DNA of 62,178 nucleotides, filler included, from Globobulimina sp. (lineage: Eukaryota), in the NCBI GenBank assembly GCA_003354225.1. It is 26 parts of 26 records of this genome, joined end to end, with 100 filler letters (N's around TTAATTAATTAA, not from the genome) between each part and the next. Parts side by side here need not be neighbours in the genome. Positions count along the whole stretch, not along the records: positions 59,885 to 62,178 come from PIVH01007589.1; 25 more parts are not named here. The stretch is one strand, 5' to 3'. The position numbers and the translations under genes are program-made. Below, in pieces: positions 62,111 to 62,178 of the stretch (position 1 is the first letter of the stretch; each line of letters begins with the position of its first letter). Under the pieces are notes generated by a model that saw only the letters and a program-made list of their open reading frames with translations, searched no databases and was not told the origin of the DNA.

Positions 62111-62178
62111 CTTTAATAGCTCACTAATTATATCACGACAATTATGGAAACGAATGTCCTCAATGGCTAAATGTTGAA

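Overview
This window is not one locus. It is 26 unrelated contigs of about 2.29 kb each (lengths falling from 2297 to 2294 bp), joined by 100-bp N44-TTAATTAATTAA-N44 spacers, so gene neighbourhoods mean nothing across spacers. Most contigs are AT-rich eukaryotic DNA with short (about 50-90 nt) GT-AG introns. The gene families (kelch, RING/TRAF, MATH, many 7TM proteins, CFAP91) resemble Reticulomyxa/Foraminifera; this taxonomy is inferred from family resemblance, not from a search. Recognisable genes include a TTL-like ligase, SLC52 transporter, CDF transporter, PC-esterase, cNMP-binding protein, WBP11, SPOUT1, TM-RGS, TRM82/WDR4, CFAP91, POLE, two kinases, PhnW, a sulfotransferase, NOC3, GPCR-like proteins, histones H4 and H2B, and an aquaporin. 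Two bacterial fragments (AAA-ATPase plus HNH; MshEN/PilB) are fused inside eukaryotic contigs, probably as amplification chimeras. Best leads: (1) an intronless protein fusing a SelW/Rdx CxxC redoxin to a RelA/SpoT-type nucleotidyltransferase domain; (2) a Polinton/adintovirus-like capsid module with a major capsid gene head-to-head with a minimal penton; (3) a KDZ (Kyakuja-Dileera-Zisupton)-type transposase; (4) a metazoan-style histone 3' stem-loop after a divergent H4; (5) a G-rich motif shared just upstream of two ATGs on different contigs.
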